Shown: one piece after another, positions 1 to 8,255 of the stretch
Numbering within the stretch: position 1 is the stretch's first letter
How the letters are laid out: each line of letters starts with the position of its first letter
Assembly (NCBI GenBank): GCA_937960795.1
Contig: CALGPA010000002.1
Location: 25,458 to 89,457, forward strand
Reading direction: 5' to 3'
DNA length: 64,000 bases
DNA from: an uncultured bacterium
GTDB lineage: Bacteria; Cloacimonadota; Cloacimonadia; Cloacimonadales; Cloacimonadaceae
Notes under the pieces: model-generated
The model's database searches: none
Seen by the model: only the letters and a program-made list of their open reading frames with translations
Told to the model about the DNA's origin: nothing
Program-made: the position numbers and the translations under genes

Positions 1-543
1 TGAAAGTTGCACGGCTTTGGGTTCTTTTTCGCTGCCGCTGGTAAAGAGTATCACCGATATCTCGGATAGATCCCCATGGTGAACCATGTCTTTGAGGATG
101 CCGAAGGGCAGTTTTGTGATGAGGGCGGCTTTGAGCTTTGCTTTCAGATCCACTCTGGCAAGGATGTCTTCCACAAAGATCATGTCTTTAATGGGTTTGA
201 GGCCAAGCTTATCGAGCAGCTTTTTGCTGGTGATGATGGTCTTGAATTGGCATTTATCTTGGGCATAGATGCAGTTTTCGATGGCGCCGGTAGCGTAGTT
301 TATCATCACCGGTACTTTGCCTTTCATCAGGGTGCCAAGGATTGTGAGCATAGCGCCAACTCCTGTGGGCAAAAGCACTCCGATATATTTGCCTTTGATC
401 TTGCCAATATGTTCCTTTAGGATGAAGCTGGCGATCAGCATCCTGGAATAGCTGTAATCAGCCATAGTGGCTTTATCGTATACAGCAATGCGATTGGGAA
501 AACGTTTGGCTGTCTGAATGAATCTCTGATGTAATTGTAGCAT
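1..543 (-). CDS. AMP-dependent acyl ligase / acyl-ACP synthetase-like (Aas-type) protein, N-terminal 181 codons; gene continues past the window start
   Basis: My own minus-strand translation from ATG 543-541 gives MLQLHQRFIQTAKRFPNRIAVYD... and ends ...ISVILFTSGSEKEPKAVQLS at the window edge. That end matches AMP-binding motif I (TSGSxxxPK). A GAGG RBS lies upstream. It is absent from the ORF track because it has no stop inside the window. The plus-strand ORF 76..420 is its shadow. Confidence 0.7.
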   Translation of the reverse strand, partial: MLQLHQRFIQTAKRFPNRIAVYDKATMADYSYSRMLIASFILKEHIGKIKGKYIGVLLPTGVGAMLTILGTLMKGKVPVMINYATGAIENCIYAQDKCQFKTIITSKKLLDKLGLKPIKDMIFVEDILARVDLKAKLKAALITKLPFGILKDMVHHGDLSEISVILFTSGSEKEPKAVQLS

Positions 544-551
544 AATAAACC

Positions 552-1187
552 TCACTTAATAATATGTAGCCAGTCACCAAAGAGAAATTCAAGTCTGCCG
601 ATGAGTAGCGAGATGCGCGCCATCACGGTGTATCCGAAAGTAGCTCCGAAGCTAACCATCAAAAACCAGATTCCTATTTTGGAGGGCACTTTGGAGATTC
701 CCTCTTGTTTTTTGCTGAAATAGAAGAAATAGACTCCGCAAATAGTGCCGATGATCAAAAGCAGATTACCGATGATGATGGGTACTGACCCAGAAGCAAA
801 GGGATTGATCATCGTCGCGGTGACTTGCTGCAGGATATCACTTTTCATGTATCTGAGCATTGAGATCCCAGCCGTGGTGCCGATCATGATCGATATCGGA
901 TAGCGTGAGATCCACTCAGTCTTGGGGTGAATCCGCATCAGCATCATCACACCCAAAGCGGCGGGGATGAGAAGGATGATATTACCAGAAAAATCCGAAC
1001 TAAGCTTGGCAAAGAGATTGGGCACCATGATCGAATAGATGATATAGACCAACCAATATGCCGCTGACAAGCCGACAAAGACCTGCTCGGCAAACTTGTA
1101 GAACGGATTGTCTTTGTATAGAAAACTAAAGATGCATAGGGTGAAAAAGGCGGCAACCCAGATTCCGATCGTGGTCATGATAGTCAT
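552..1187 (-). CDS. polytopic membrane protein, unknown function (module gene 4)
   Basis: 211-aa ORF with about 6 hydrophobic helices and no catalytic motif recognised. Its ATG overlaps the upstream stop (ATGA, 1184-1187). The acyl-ligase start lies 9 nt downstream. Confidence 0.6.
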   Translation of the reverse strand: MTIMTTIGIWVAAFFTLCIFSFLYKDNPFYKFAEQVFVGLSAAYWLVYIIYSIMVPNLFAKLSSDFSGNIILLIPAALGVMMLMRIHPKTEWISRYPISIMIGTTAGISMLRYMKSDILQQVTATMINPFASGSVPIIIGNLLLIIGTICGVYFFYFSKKQEGISKVPSKIGIWFLMVSFGATFGYTVMARISLLIGRLEFLFGDWLHIIK

Positions 1188-2008
1188 TGTCTTTTCCTCC
1201 TTTTGCCGGCATAGGCTTTGATATTGCCCAAGCCTATGAAGATCAAGATCAGAAGGTGAGCGATGGATTGCGAATCCATCTTGGATGTGGCACTACCTAA
1301 TCTACCGATCAGGGTCTCATATTCACTGGCAGCTTTGAGACCACCCAGAAGACCCGTGAGCTGACGCTGTTCATTGACATAGGGGAAAAAGCCCGGAGCA
1401 CTGACAGCAGTGCAGCCGCCCGTGACCGGAACATCATAGCTATCTCGAGCCACCATCATCCACTCTTTGAGCCCTGGCACTCCACTGGAAAGGGAACTGA
1501 TCCAGGCAATGTCTCTGAGCCTGGAAATGCCGTCCAGCATAGGAATTTCAGCATAGGGAGTGTTTCTGGTATCAGTGGGAAAGACTTCTCTTAGACTTCT
1601 TCCCATGGCTTGGATGGTGACCATTCCACCCACTTTGTAGCCAAGATTCACATAGTCCACGCCGCGTTCTTTCTCGGGATATTCGATAAGAACGGTTTCC
1701 AGGGCTTGTTCAGCCATCTGTACGCCCATCGGCCACAAAGCAGTGAGGATGACCTTTTGATTGCGCATAAAAGCGTGCTCGATCATGGCTTCGCCCATGG
1801 GCTGAAGCTCGGTCATGGTAGATGGATCATAATCAAAAGATATGATAGCGACTGAGCCTTCGGGAGCGGATTGCACAAGATCGTAGACCATATGGGTATA
1901 TCCCGATACATCCGTCTTCCAACCAATCGGGAAGATCAATGGAAGCGCAACCGCGATAAATAGGACGGTGAAAATGATGCGGCGCTCAATGAGGATGTTC
2001 ATCTTCAT
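1184..2008 (-). CDS. bitopic membrane protein with ~210-aa hydrophilic domain, unknown function (module gene 3)
   Basis: 274-aa ORF. It has an N-terminal TM (RRIIFTVLFIAVALPLIF), a central soluble domain, and a C-terminal TM followed by a KRRKRQ tail. There are 4-nt start/stop overlaps at both ends. Confidence 0.6.
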   Translation of the reverse strand: MKMNILIERRIIFTVLFIAVALPLIFPIGWKTDVSGYTHMVYDLVQSAPEGSVAIISFDYDPSTMTELQPMGEAMIEHAFMRNQKVILTALWPMGVQMAEQALETVLIEYPEKERGVDYVNLGYKVGGMVTIQAMGRSLREVFPTDTRNTPYAEIPMLDGISRLRDIAWISSLSSGVPGLKEWMMVARDSYDVPVTGGCTAVSAPGFFPYVNEQRQLTGLLGGLKAASEYETLIGRLGSATSKMDSQSIAHLLILIFIGLGNIKAYAGKRRKRQ

Positions 2009-2703
2009 TTGTCACCTCCCAGATAGCTGCGCTCGATGCCTAGGATGATGCGCAGAGAACTGCCAACAATGCCAAGACCTGCAGATATCAAGATGGCTCT
2101 TTGAGCGGCAGTATTGGGAAATTCCATGATAAAATCCGCCAGATTGGGGAAATGCCAAAAGCTGAGAGATTCAGGCAGCCAGCCGGTGAGCATGGTTCCA
2201 ATGCTGGTGCGGCCGATGATTACTATGATGGCGGTGATCATCAGCAGGTTTGATTCCAGGCCGCGGATGATGAAGGCTCTGTATGCGGCAGAAGCAATGA
2301 AAAAAGCCAATAGTGAAAATAGAGTCGCGGAAAGCGGAAGATAGGCATTGTCAAAAAGATAGTCAAATGGCTTGAGCCCCAGCCAAGAAGCGATTCCTTC
2401 ACCATGACCCAATATTCCGGGAGTTTCGCGCATCCCCCACAACAGGCCAAAGCTGAGCATCAAGGCAAAGCTGATGAGCCCGGCGAGATGGTATTGCCAG
2501 TTTGGAGATTTGTGCATGATCTTGTGAGTATTCATGCGGATAAGACTGATCTGTCCAAGGAGAATGGCAAAACCGGAGATGATCATAAACCAGCCTTCCA
2601 AGGTGGAGACGATCTGATTGAAAGGACGATGGGGAATGAACTCTGAGAGCAAGACAATGAAGCCTACTATGAATGCAAAAACTAGGGGGAGAGATCTTTT
2701 CAT
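2005..2703 (-). CDS. polytopic membrane protein, unknown function (module gene 2)
   Basis: 232-aa ORF with about 6 hydrophobic helices and 4-nt overlaps with both neighbours. Confidence 0.6.
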   Translation of the reverse strand: MKRSLPLVFAFIVGFIVLLSEFIPHRPFNQIVSTLEGWFMIISGFAILLGQISLIRMNTHKIMHKSPNWQYHLAGLISFALMLSFGLLWGMRETPGILGHGEGIASWLGLKPFDYLFDNAYLPLSATLFSLLAFFIASAAYRAFIIRGLESNLLMITAIIVIIGRTSIGTMLTGWLPESLSFWHFPNLADFIMEFPNTAAQRAILISAGLGIVGSSLRIILGIERSYLGGDK

Positions 2704-3797
2704 GTGATAGCTCCGGCGATAAACTCTTTGAGATTTGAGATTCCAAGGATTTCTAATATGACGCCTACGATTATCAAAAAGATGACTAAGACTTTGCCAA
2801 AGTCATGTCCGCGCAAGCTGCCAAGCTGCTGAGGATCACGAGAGAGATAGGCGGATGCGGCAAATAGCTCCTCACCGATCAGGGTGTAGTCGCAGGTTAC
2901 CACAAAGAAGGGAAGTTGATGCGCTTGAGCCGTTCCTGCCGTCTGAATAGCGCCGGTGGAAAAGCCGGTCTCAGCCAAGATCAAGGATTCCGCGTAGAAA
3001 GAACCCATGAAGAAATTTGCCGCAGGCTGTTCGCGCAACATGATGCCGTCTATCCCGGCTACAAAGCCAAACTGATCGTCGGTCAAGTAAAAGACGTTAT
3101 CAGACTTGTAAGCATCAGGCTTGCCGGCTTTCATATAGGCTTCTTTGACCACTTCTCGAGCCGCAGAGAGCACCATGGAAAAACGGCAGGGGACGATGAT
3201 CTCCGTGTTGTACTCAGCGCTGCGCTCGGCAAGATGGGAGAGAATCGTGAGGCTGGCGATGGTCTGGATGTCGTCGAGATCACTGATGCCGGGTACATAG
3301 AGGATGGGTTTGCCCTTTTCGGTGGCTCGACCAATGGCTTCTTCCATGCTGTCCAATCCGGCAATGCGGCGGATGAAGAACTCTCTGCCGCGTCGGGCAG
3401 CGCGGATGTAATACAAGATGGCAAAGCATACCAGAGCCAGCAGAAGCAGAAAGCCCAGTTTTCCCATGTAGAACCACTGTTCCAAGGGGGTGGCACTGGC
3501 TTGAAGGACAAGGCTGTCATCTATAAAAGAGGCCACAAGTCGATAATCGTATTCGGTGTTTGCTTCTAGTCCCGTATCGGTATAGGAGCCTGAAGGCTCA
3601 TCTGAACTATGGACGGGTAGCCACATACCTTCTGAGACCATGCGGCTGATTGTGACTTGTCTGACCATTGGGCTGAGCTCCCAGCTGAGATCGATGGCCT
3701 TGCCGTCATCCCAGGGACTGTCCTTTGCGTCAAAGACATTTGTCCATAATGAGCTTGATAAAATAATTATAAAAAGGATTAAGAGGTATTTCCGCAT
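2700..3797 (-). CDS. FN3-domain membrane protein with large second domain, unknown function (module gene 1)
   Basis: I moved the start to ATG 3797 (MRKYLLILFIIILSSS, signal-like, AAGGAG RBS), because the ORF-track start at 3878 would read through a terminator hairpin. The protein has an FN3-like segment (DLSWELSP...YTDTGLEANTEYDYRLVA), a TM followed by RAARRGR, a ~250-aa domain, and a C-terminal TM. Confidence 0.6.
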   Translation of the reverse strand: MRKYLLILFIIILSSSLWTNVFDAKDSPWDDGKAIDLSWELSPMVRQVTISRMVSEGMWLPVHSSDEPSGSYTDTGLEANTEYDYRLVASFIDDSLVLQASATPLEQWFYMGKLGFLLLLALVCFAILYYIRAARRGREFFIRRIAGLDSMEEAIGRATEKGKPILYVPGISDLDDIQTIASLTILSHLAERSAEYNTEIIVPCRFSMVLSAAREVVKEAYMKAGKPDAYKSDNVFYLTDDQFGFVAGIDGIMLREQPAANFFMGSFYAESLILAETGFSTGAIQTAGTAQAHQLPFFVVTCDYTLIGEELFAASAYLSRDPQQLGSLRGHDFGKVLVIFLIIVGVILEILGISNLKEFIAGAIT

Positions 3798-3851
3798 CAG
3801 AGAACTCCTTTTGCTTGAATCCAAAATAGCACTAAGTGATATCACGAACAT

Positions 3852-3886
3852 CAAAAAACAAGCGGGCAGCGAGGCCACCCGCTTTT
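3852..3886 (-). terminator. rho-independent terminator after the lipoprotein gene
   Basis: The minus strand reads AAGCGGG-tggcctcgctg-CCCGCTT-gTTTTTT. This is a 7-bp GC-rich stem with an 11-nt loop and a T6 tract, 33 nt after the stop at 3919. Confidence 0.65.
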
Positions 3887-3918
3887 GGATATCTAATCTT
3901 CAATAAACCGCGCTGTTA

Positions 3919-4716
3919 TCATTTCTGAAAGGCAGCTTTGATCTCATCTGTCTTTGTGATGATCTCTTGTAATTGGACTTTAGAAAAGCCGGAACTGTCA
4001 TGGCTTCGAATGATGGCTTGTACTTCTTTGGTGAGTTTTTTTGCCTCTTGGAAGGCTTCTTGATCCACTATATGGGGAGTTGAGATCTCCTCAAGATTGC
4101 TCACCAAGCTGTTGAAAGTACCCTTTTGGGCGAGAACCCTGGAGCGATCCGCATTGTAGTCTTCATGGATCAGCCAGGCAACTCTGTTTGCGGCTTCGAT
4201 CCATCCGCCAAGAAGCATGAGGGTGTAGTTGTCGAAGTTCTCACTTTCCCAAAGCTTGTTCTCTACGTCAGCTTTGTGGAAATCTAAAGCTTTGTCGAGG
4301 TTTTCCCAGTCTTCTCTTTCGATCATGGTCTTCATCTCGTCACCAAGGCGGTTCACCTCAGATTCAAGCCCTAAGAGACTGGTTAGATTCATCATCTGAG
4401 CGGAGATATCACTGAGTTTGCCTTTGTCTCGTCCTTTGGCGGCAAGCACGGCATCAGCAGTGAGCAATCCCAATGAAAAGGCGTTTCTCACTTCTTCCTG
4501 CCTGGTTTGGTAGACAGAGCTTGGAACCGCAGCAGAGATATCTCTGACTTTGATCTGATCCAAAGCACTGTAGACATCTTTGAAAGAGGGCAGAGGAGCG
4601 AAAGTGGTGGAACCCTGTTCTGTCTCCCCACCAGGTGTGTCAGCAGCTTTTTGTTTGCAAGCAAAAAGCCCCAATATGACGATCATTATCATCCCAATTA
4701 TTAGTCTTCGGTTCAT
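3919..4716 (-). CDS. lipoprotein, unknown function
   Basis: 265 aa. The lipobox is MNRRLIIGMIMIVILGLFAC. The mature part is acidic and helical. A TAAGGAG RBS is present, 11 nt after the ABC gene stop. Confidence 0.6.
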   Translation of the reverse strand: MNRRLIIGMIMIVILGLFACKQKAADTPGGETEQGSTTFAPLPSFKDVYSALDQIKVRDISAAVPSSVYQTRQEEVRNAFSLGLLTADAVLAAKGRDKGKLSDISAQMMNLTSLLGLESEVNRLGDEMKTMIEREDWENLDKALDFHKADVENKLWESENFDNYTLMLLGGWIEAANRVAWLIHEDYNADRSRVLAQKGTFNSLVSNLEEISTPHIVDQEAFQEAKKLTKEVQAIIRSHDSSGFSKVQLQEIITKTDEIKAAFQK

Positions 4717-4727
4717 GATGTTACTCC

Positions 4728-7700
4728 TTATTCTTTAAAATAGTATTTCAGCTTTATCCAGGTGATCAAGTTCAGCCCCAAGGCATATAGCAGGATCACC
4801 CAGGCGTTAAAATTCCACGTCCGGTATCTGCGGTTGCCTCTGAGTTTGTAGCTGGACAAAAACTCATTGCGTTCACTGTTTAAGACCCTTCCATCCATCA
4901 TGCTTACAGCAGAATTCAGATATCTGTTTAGGATCTGGTTTGGGTCCCATTTTTCGGCTACGGCTGTTTTGGCATAGTAAATCTCACCCCGCAGAGCCTG
5001 AAATTCTTCACTAGTGATTGCAGCATTCCTATAATCCCGTAAATATGTCAATTCCTTTTTTTCGATCTTGGCCAAGGAACGGTGGAATTTGGTGTTTTTG
5101 GCGTAGGCAGTGGTAAGTCCTTCAAAGAGCCATCTTGAAGGGATTGTCTGGACGATCTCGGGTATGGGACTGTTTTCGTAGAGCTTTAAGTTTCTATTCA
5201 TGCGCTCAAATTCTATCACTGCCCCACCAAAGATGATCTGTGGGATCAAGATCAATGGTAGGAGGTTGATAATCGCCCGGTTTTCTTTAATGAATGATGA
5301 TATCATGAGCCCCAGAGAATTCCCGATCAGTGAAGCCAAGAAGAAATAAGCAATGCTGCTGACGCCCATGCCGCGGATGTTTAGGATCTGCGCTGCTACG
5401 ATGTGGTAAAGTATCGCCTGGATAAGGCCAAAGAACGAAAGGGTCGTAAGCTTCGAGATCTGATAGCTGCTCATCTTGAGGTTCATCAGTCGTTCTCGCA
5501 AGATTATTTTGCGTTCACTTAAGATCTCTTCGATGGAGTTTGACATTCCCAGAAAGATAAAGGCGATGATCGAGACAAAGATGTAGATGAAGATGTTGTT
5601 GTTCTCATGATATGAGTATCTTGCCGCGGTAGTATGTCGCAGGATGAAAGCGATCAGGATGCCTAAAAGCGGAGCTTCGACAAAGGTGATGATATTGTTT
5701 GTTTTGTTCCTGATCTTCATGCGGAAACTGCGAGAAACAAAAGCCCAAAGGCTGACCAAGTAGTTCTTAGGCCCTAGGGCCTTTTTGATTCTCTTGGCTT
5801 CAGTAAAGCCCTCAGAAGGCACTTGGCTTTCGCTTTGGATCATCTCATAGAGCATCTTTCGCTTGAACTTGTCACGCCAATAATCAGGGCTAAACTTGCG
5901 TTTTACTTGAACTTGCTTTTGGATCTGTTCATACACCAAGTGCCCATTCTTGTCGTACTCAGGATAGGTTATGATGTCGTAGAAATAGTCAGATGTGAGA
6001 AGGCGTCGCTTAGTCTCAATCTCGTTTTTCTTGATCTTGATAAGCTGTAGTTCGTCGTCAAAGTAGCTAAAGCTATCGGTGGGCTTGCCAAAGAACGCGA
6101 TTCTGCCGCCCATATCCATCATCATCACCTTGTCAAACTTGCGATATATGCTGCTATTGGGTTGATGAATGGTTATGATCACGATCTTGCCCTGTTCACA
6201 GAGTTTGCCCAAGATGTCAATGATCTCCTCGGCGTCGTTGAAAGATAGGCCACTCGTCGGTTCATCACAGATGATGATCGTGGGTTCAAAGAGCAGCTCC
6301 AGGGCGATGTTTAGGCGTTTTCTCTCTCCACCGGATAGGTTCTTGGCCTTAAAGTCTCCCACGATCGTGTCGCGGTGGTGAGAGAGCTTCACCTGATGCA
6401 GGATGTTTCGCACCTTCTGATCAATCTGAGGTTTTTGCAGCTTGGGCATTCTCAGGCGTAGTCTGTACCATAGGTTATTATAGACACTAAGATTTGGATA
6501 GAGCAGATCATCTTGTGGGACGTATGCCAGATACTCCAGATAGAAGTTTAGGTTTGCACGGATGTTTTTGCCATCTATAGCTATCTGACCATAGGTGGGG
6601 GTGATCTCGCTGGAGAGAACTTTGGTGAGAGTTGATTTTCCGCAGCCGCTTTGTCCCATGATAGCGACCAACTGACCGGGATTTACCTCAAATGACACTG
6701 AATCCAGAGCAAGTTTGCCATCAGGGAAGAAGTGCTTGATATCCGTCACCGATAGTCTTTTGATCTCAAAAGGCGTTTCGATGAGATCAAAGAAGCTGTT
6801 GATGCGATAGTTGCGCTTCTCAATGGTGATGATGTCCGAGTTTAGGTTTATAACAGAAGGCTCAGTGACTGCTTTGCGATTCACGAAGATGTGATAGCCT
6901 TTTTTGGGAGGCATAAGATAGTAGACCCCGGATCGGTACTCAATCACAGCGATGGTGTTTTCCGAATCTTCACGGCTGGAGGAGAAGTAGCCCCTTTCTC
7001 TTTTGATATACAGTTTCCCCGGGGTGTAGTCGTCTACTCCGATACTGCTGCGGCTTTCAATGAGCATGCCTAGATGAAATGGGGCATATCCTCTGATCTG
7101 CAGCTTATCGTCAAAGAACACATCATGCCTGCGCAGATGAGTCATCTCTCTTCCGTTGAGAGCCACAGACCCGCTGTTTATGACAAAGCTGAAGCTATTG
7201 TTCGTCTTGTGCACGACGAAGTCATAGCTGCTTTTGCGGAAGACAATGTCGTCACTTTCATCCCGATAGTGATACATCTTTTGGAGGCATGAATATGAAT
7301 ACTCTCGACCGCCAATAGAAAGATAGGAATCCGGGCTGAGCATTATTATCGAATTGTGCTCGGGAATCTGTGCGCTCAGAAGCGCGCTGCTGCTCGAGGG
7401 GATGCTTAGGAATAGATGCTTATCGATGGCAAATAGTGCGCATTCATAGGGACTTAGACGTTCGCTGCGGAAGGCTATGTCTGCATCAGCACCTGAGCCA
7501 AAGACCACGTAATCCGAGAAAACAGAATGTCTAAGATGACTCAGATGATGCCGACATGGTGCACTCACCTGGCCGCTGCGTTGATGCTCAAAGTGATTGA
7601 TCAAGCTTAGAAATGCTTCGGAAGATGTATTGAGCTTTTTGCTGAGCTCCATGATCTCGGCAATCTCCGAGATAGCGAAGTCACTTTCGGTCTTTGCCAT

Positions 7701-8015
7701 GATCACCAGGGATTGCAAGATCCTGACTTTGTCAAACAGGGAAAGATATCGATCCAGATATTCAAGCACTTCGTCGATGTCATATGGAGTTTCCATGATC
7801 TGTTTTACATAGGCTTCCCAAGATACATCGACTTGAGCAAAAAGATTGGTCAAAAGCGAATAAAGGATGCCTATCTCATTGGCACTGATCTCATCATCAC
7901 CCTGAAGCAAGTAAACATATAGCCGCGTGACCATGTCTATGGTTTTTTTGAGACGTTCCTGACTATCACGGGTAAAGCTCGGCGGTTTTAGCATATCTCT
8001 CCTGCTTGTTTGCAT
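4728..8015 (-). CDS. ABC transporter, fused ATPase + ABC-2 (ABCG-like) permease with ~415-aa N-terminal cytoplasmic extension
   Basis: 1095 aa with Walker A GQSGCGKST, signature LSGGERKR and Walker B IIICDEPTSGL, followed by about 6 C-terminal TM helices. The N-terminal extension has a helical TerB/DjlA-N-like region and FHA-like beta segments. Both of those calls are by eye and low confidence. Confidence 0.8.
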   Translation of the reverse strand: MQTSRRDMLKPPSFTRDSQERLKKTIDMVTRLYVYLLQGDDEISANEIGILYSLLTNLFAQVDVSWEAYVKQIMETPYDIDEVLEYLDRYLSLFDKVRILQSLVIMAKTESDFAISEIAEIMELSKKLNTSSEAFLSLINHFEHQRSGQVSAPCRHHLSHLRHSVFSDYVVFGSGADADIAFRSERLSPYECALFAIDKHLFLSIPSSSSALLSAQIPEHNSIIMLSPDSYLSIGGREYSYSCLQKMYHYRDESDDIVFRKSSYDFVVHKTNNSFSFVINSGSVALNGREMTHLRRHDVFFDDKLQIRGYAPFHLGMLIESRSSIGVDDYTPGKLYIKRERGYFSSSREDSENTIAVIEYRSGVYYLMPPKKGYHIFVNRKAVTEPSVINLNSDIITIEKRNYRINSFFDLIETPFEIKRLSVTDIKHFFPDGKLALDSVSFEVNPGQLVAIMGQSGCGKSTLTKVLSSEITPTYGQIAIDGKNIRANLNFYLEYLAYVPQDDLLYPNLSVYNNLWYRLRLRMPKLQKPQIDQKVRNILHQVKLSHHRDTIVGDFKAKNLSGGERKRLNIALELLFEPTIIICDEPTSGLSFNDAEEIIDILGKLCEQGKIVIITIHQPNSSIYRKFDKVMMMDMGGRIAFFGKPTDSFSYFDDELQLIKIKKNEIETKRRLLTSDYFYDIITYPEYDKNGHLVYEQIQKQVQVKRKFSPDYWRDKFKRKMLYEMIQSESQVPSEGFTEAKRIKKALGPKNYLVSLWAFVSRSFRMKIRNKTNNIITFVEAPLLGILIAFILRHTTAARYSYHENNNIFIYIFVSIIAFIFLGMSNSIEEILSERKIILRERLMNLKMSSYQISKLTTLSFFGLIQAILYHIVAAQILNIRGMGVSSIAYFFLASLIGNSLGLMISSFIKENRAIINLLPLILIPQIIFGGAVIEFERMNRNLKLYENSPIPEIVQTIPSRWLFEGLTTAYAKNTKFHRSLAKIEKKELTYLRDYRNAAITSEEFQALRGEIYYAKTAVAEKWDPNQILNRYLNSAVSMMDGRVLNSERNEFLSSYKLRGNRRYRTWNFNAWVILLYALGLNLITWIKLKYYFKE

Positions 8016-8074
8016 TCGGCATCAAAATCCGGACATCCAATCCTCTGAAAGTGATGAAGATAGATCCTAACCGC

Positions 8075-8103
8075 ATTTCTTGAAAGCAGCCTGCTATTGT
8101 CAA
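8075..8103 (-). promoter_or_regulatory. putative sigma70-type promoter of the ABC/lipoprotein operon
   Basis: Minus strand TTGACA (8103-8098), 17-nt spacer, AGAAAT (8080-8075), about 60 nt upstream of the ATG at 8015. Confidence 0.3.
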
Positions 8104-8157
8104 GAAAAAGCTTAGAAAAGCAGATCAATCGATCACTAGAGAAGCAGGCATGGATTA

Positions 8158-8211
8158 TTAACCAATTCTTAACTCAAGCCTTATAAAATCCTAACAATCC
8201 TCAAGTATAAC
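8158..8211 (+). promoter_or_regulatory. Pho-box-like array (four 11-bp-phased direct repeats) plus -10 element upstream of porin-pst operon
   Basis: TTAACC (8158), TTAACT (8169), CTTATA (8180) and CTAACA (8191) are spaced exactly 11 bp apart and occupy the -35 position. TATAAC follows at 8206-8211. The porin ATG is at 8256. Confidence 0.5.
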
Positions 8212-8255
8212 CTTAGCAGAGATGAATCTCAGACACGAAAATAAAGGAGAACCAG

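Noticed and set aside
76-420. 114-aa plus-strand ORF at the window start
   Set aside because: It is the antisense shadow of the minus-strand acyl-ligase gene (1-543). That gene has a start, an RBS and a clear AMP-binding motif. The plus-strand product has no recognisable features.
2916-3569. Long antisense ORFs inside strong genes (2916..3569 +, 17850..18362 +, 24587..25177 +, 40976..41671 -, 29639..30073 +)
   Set aside because: Each lies entirely within a gene on the other strand that has clear homology motifs. None has an RBS or a motif of its own. They are typical shadow ORFs.
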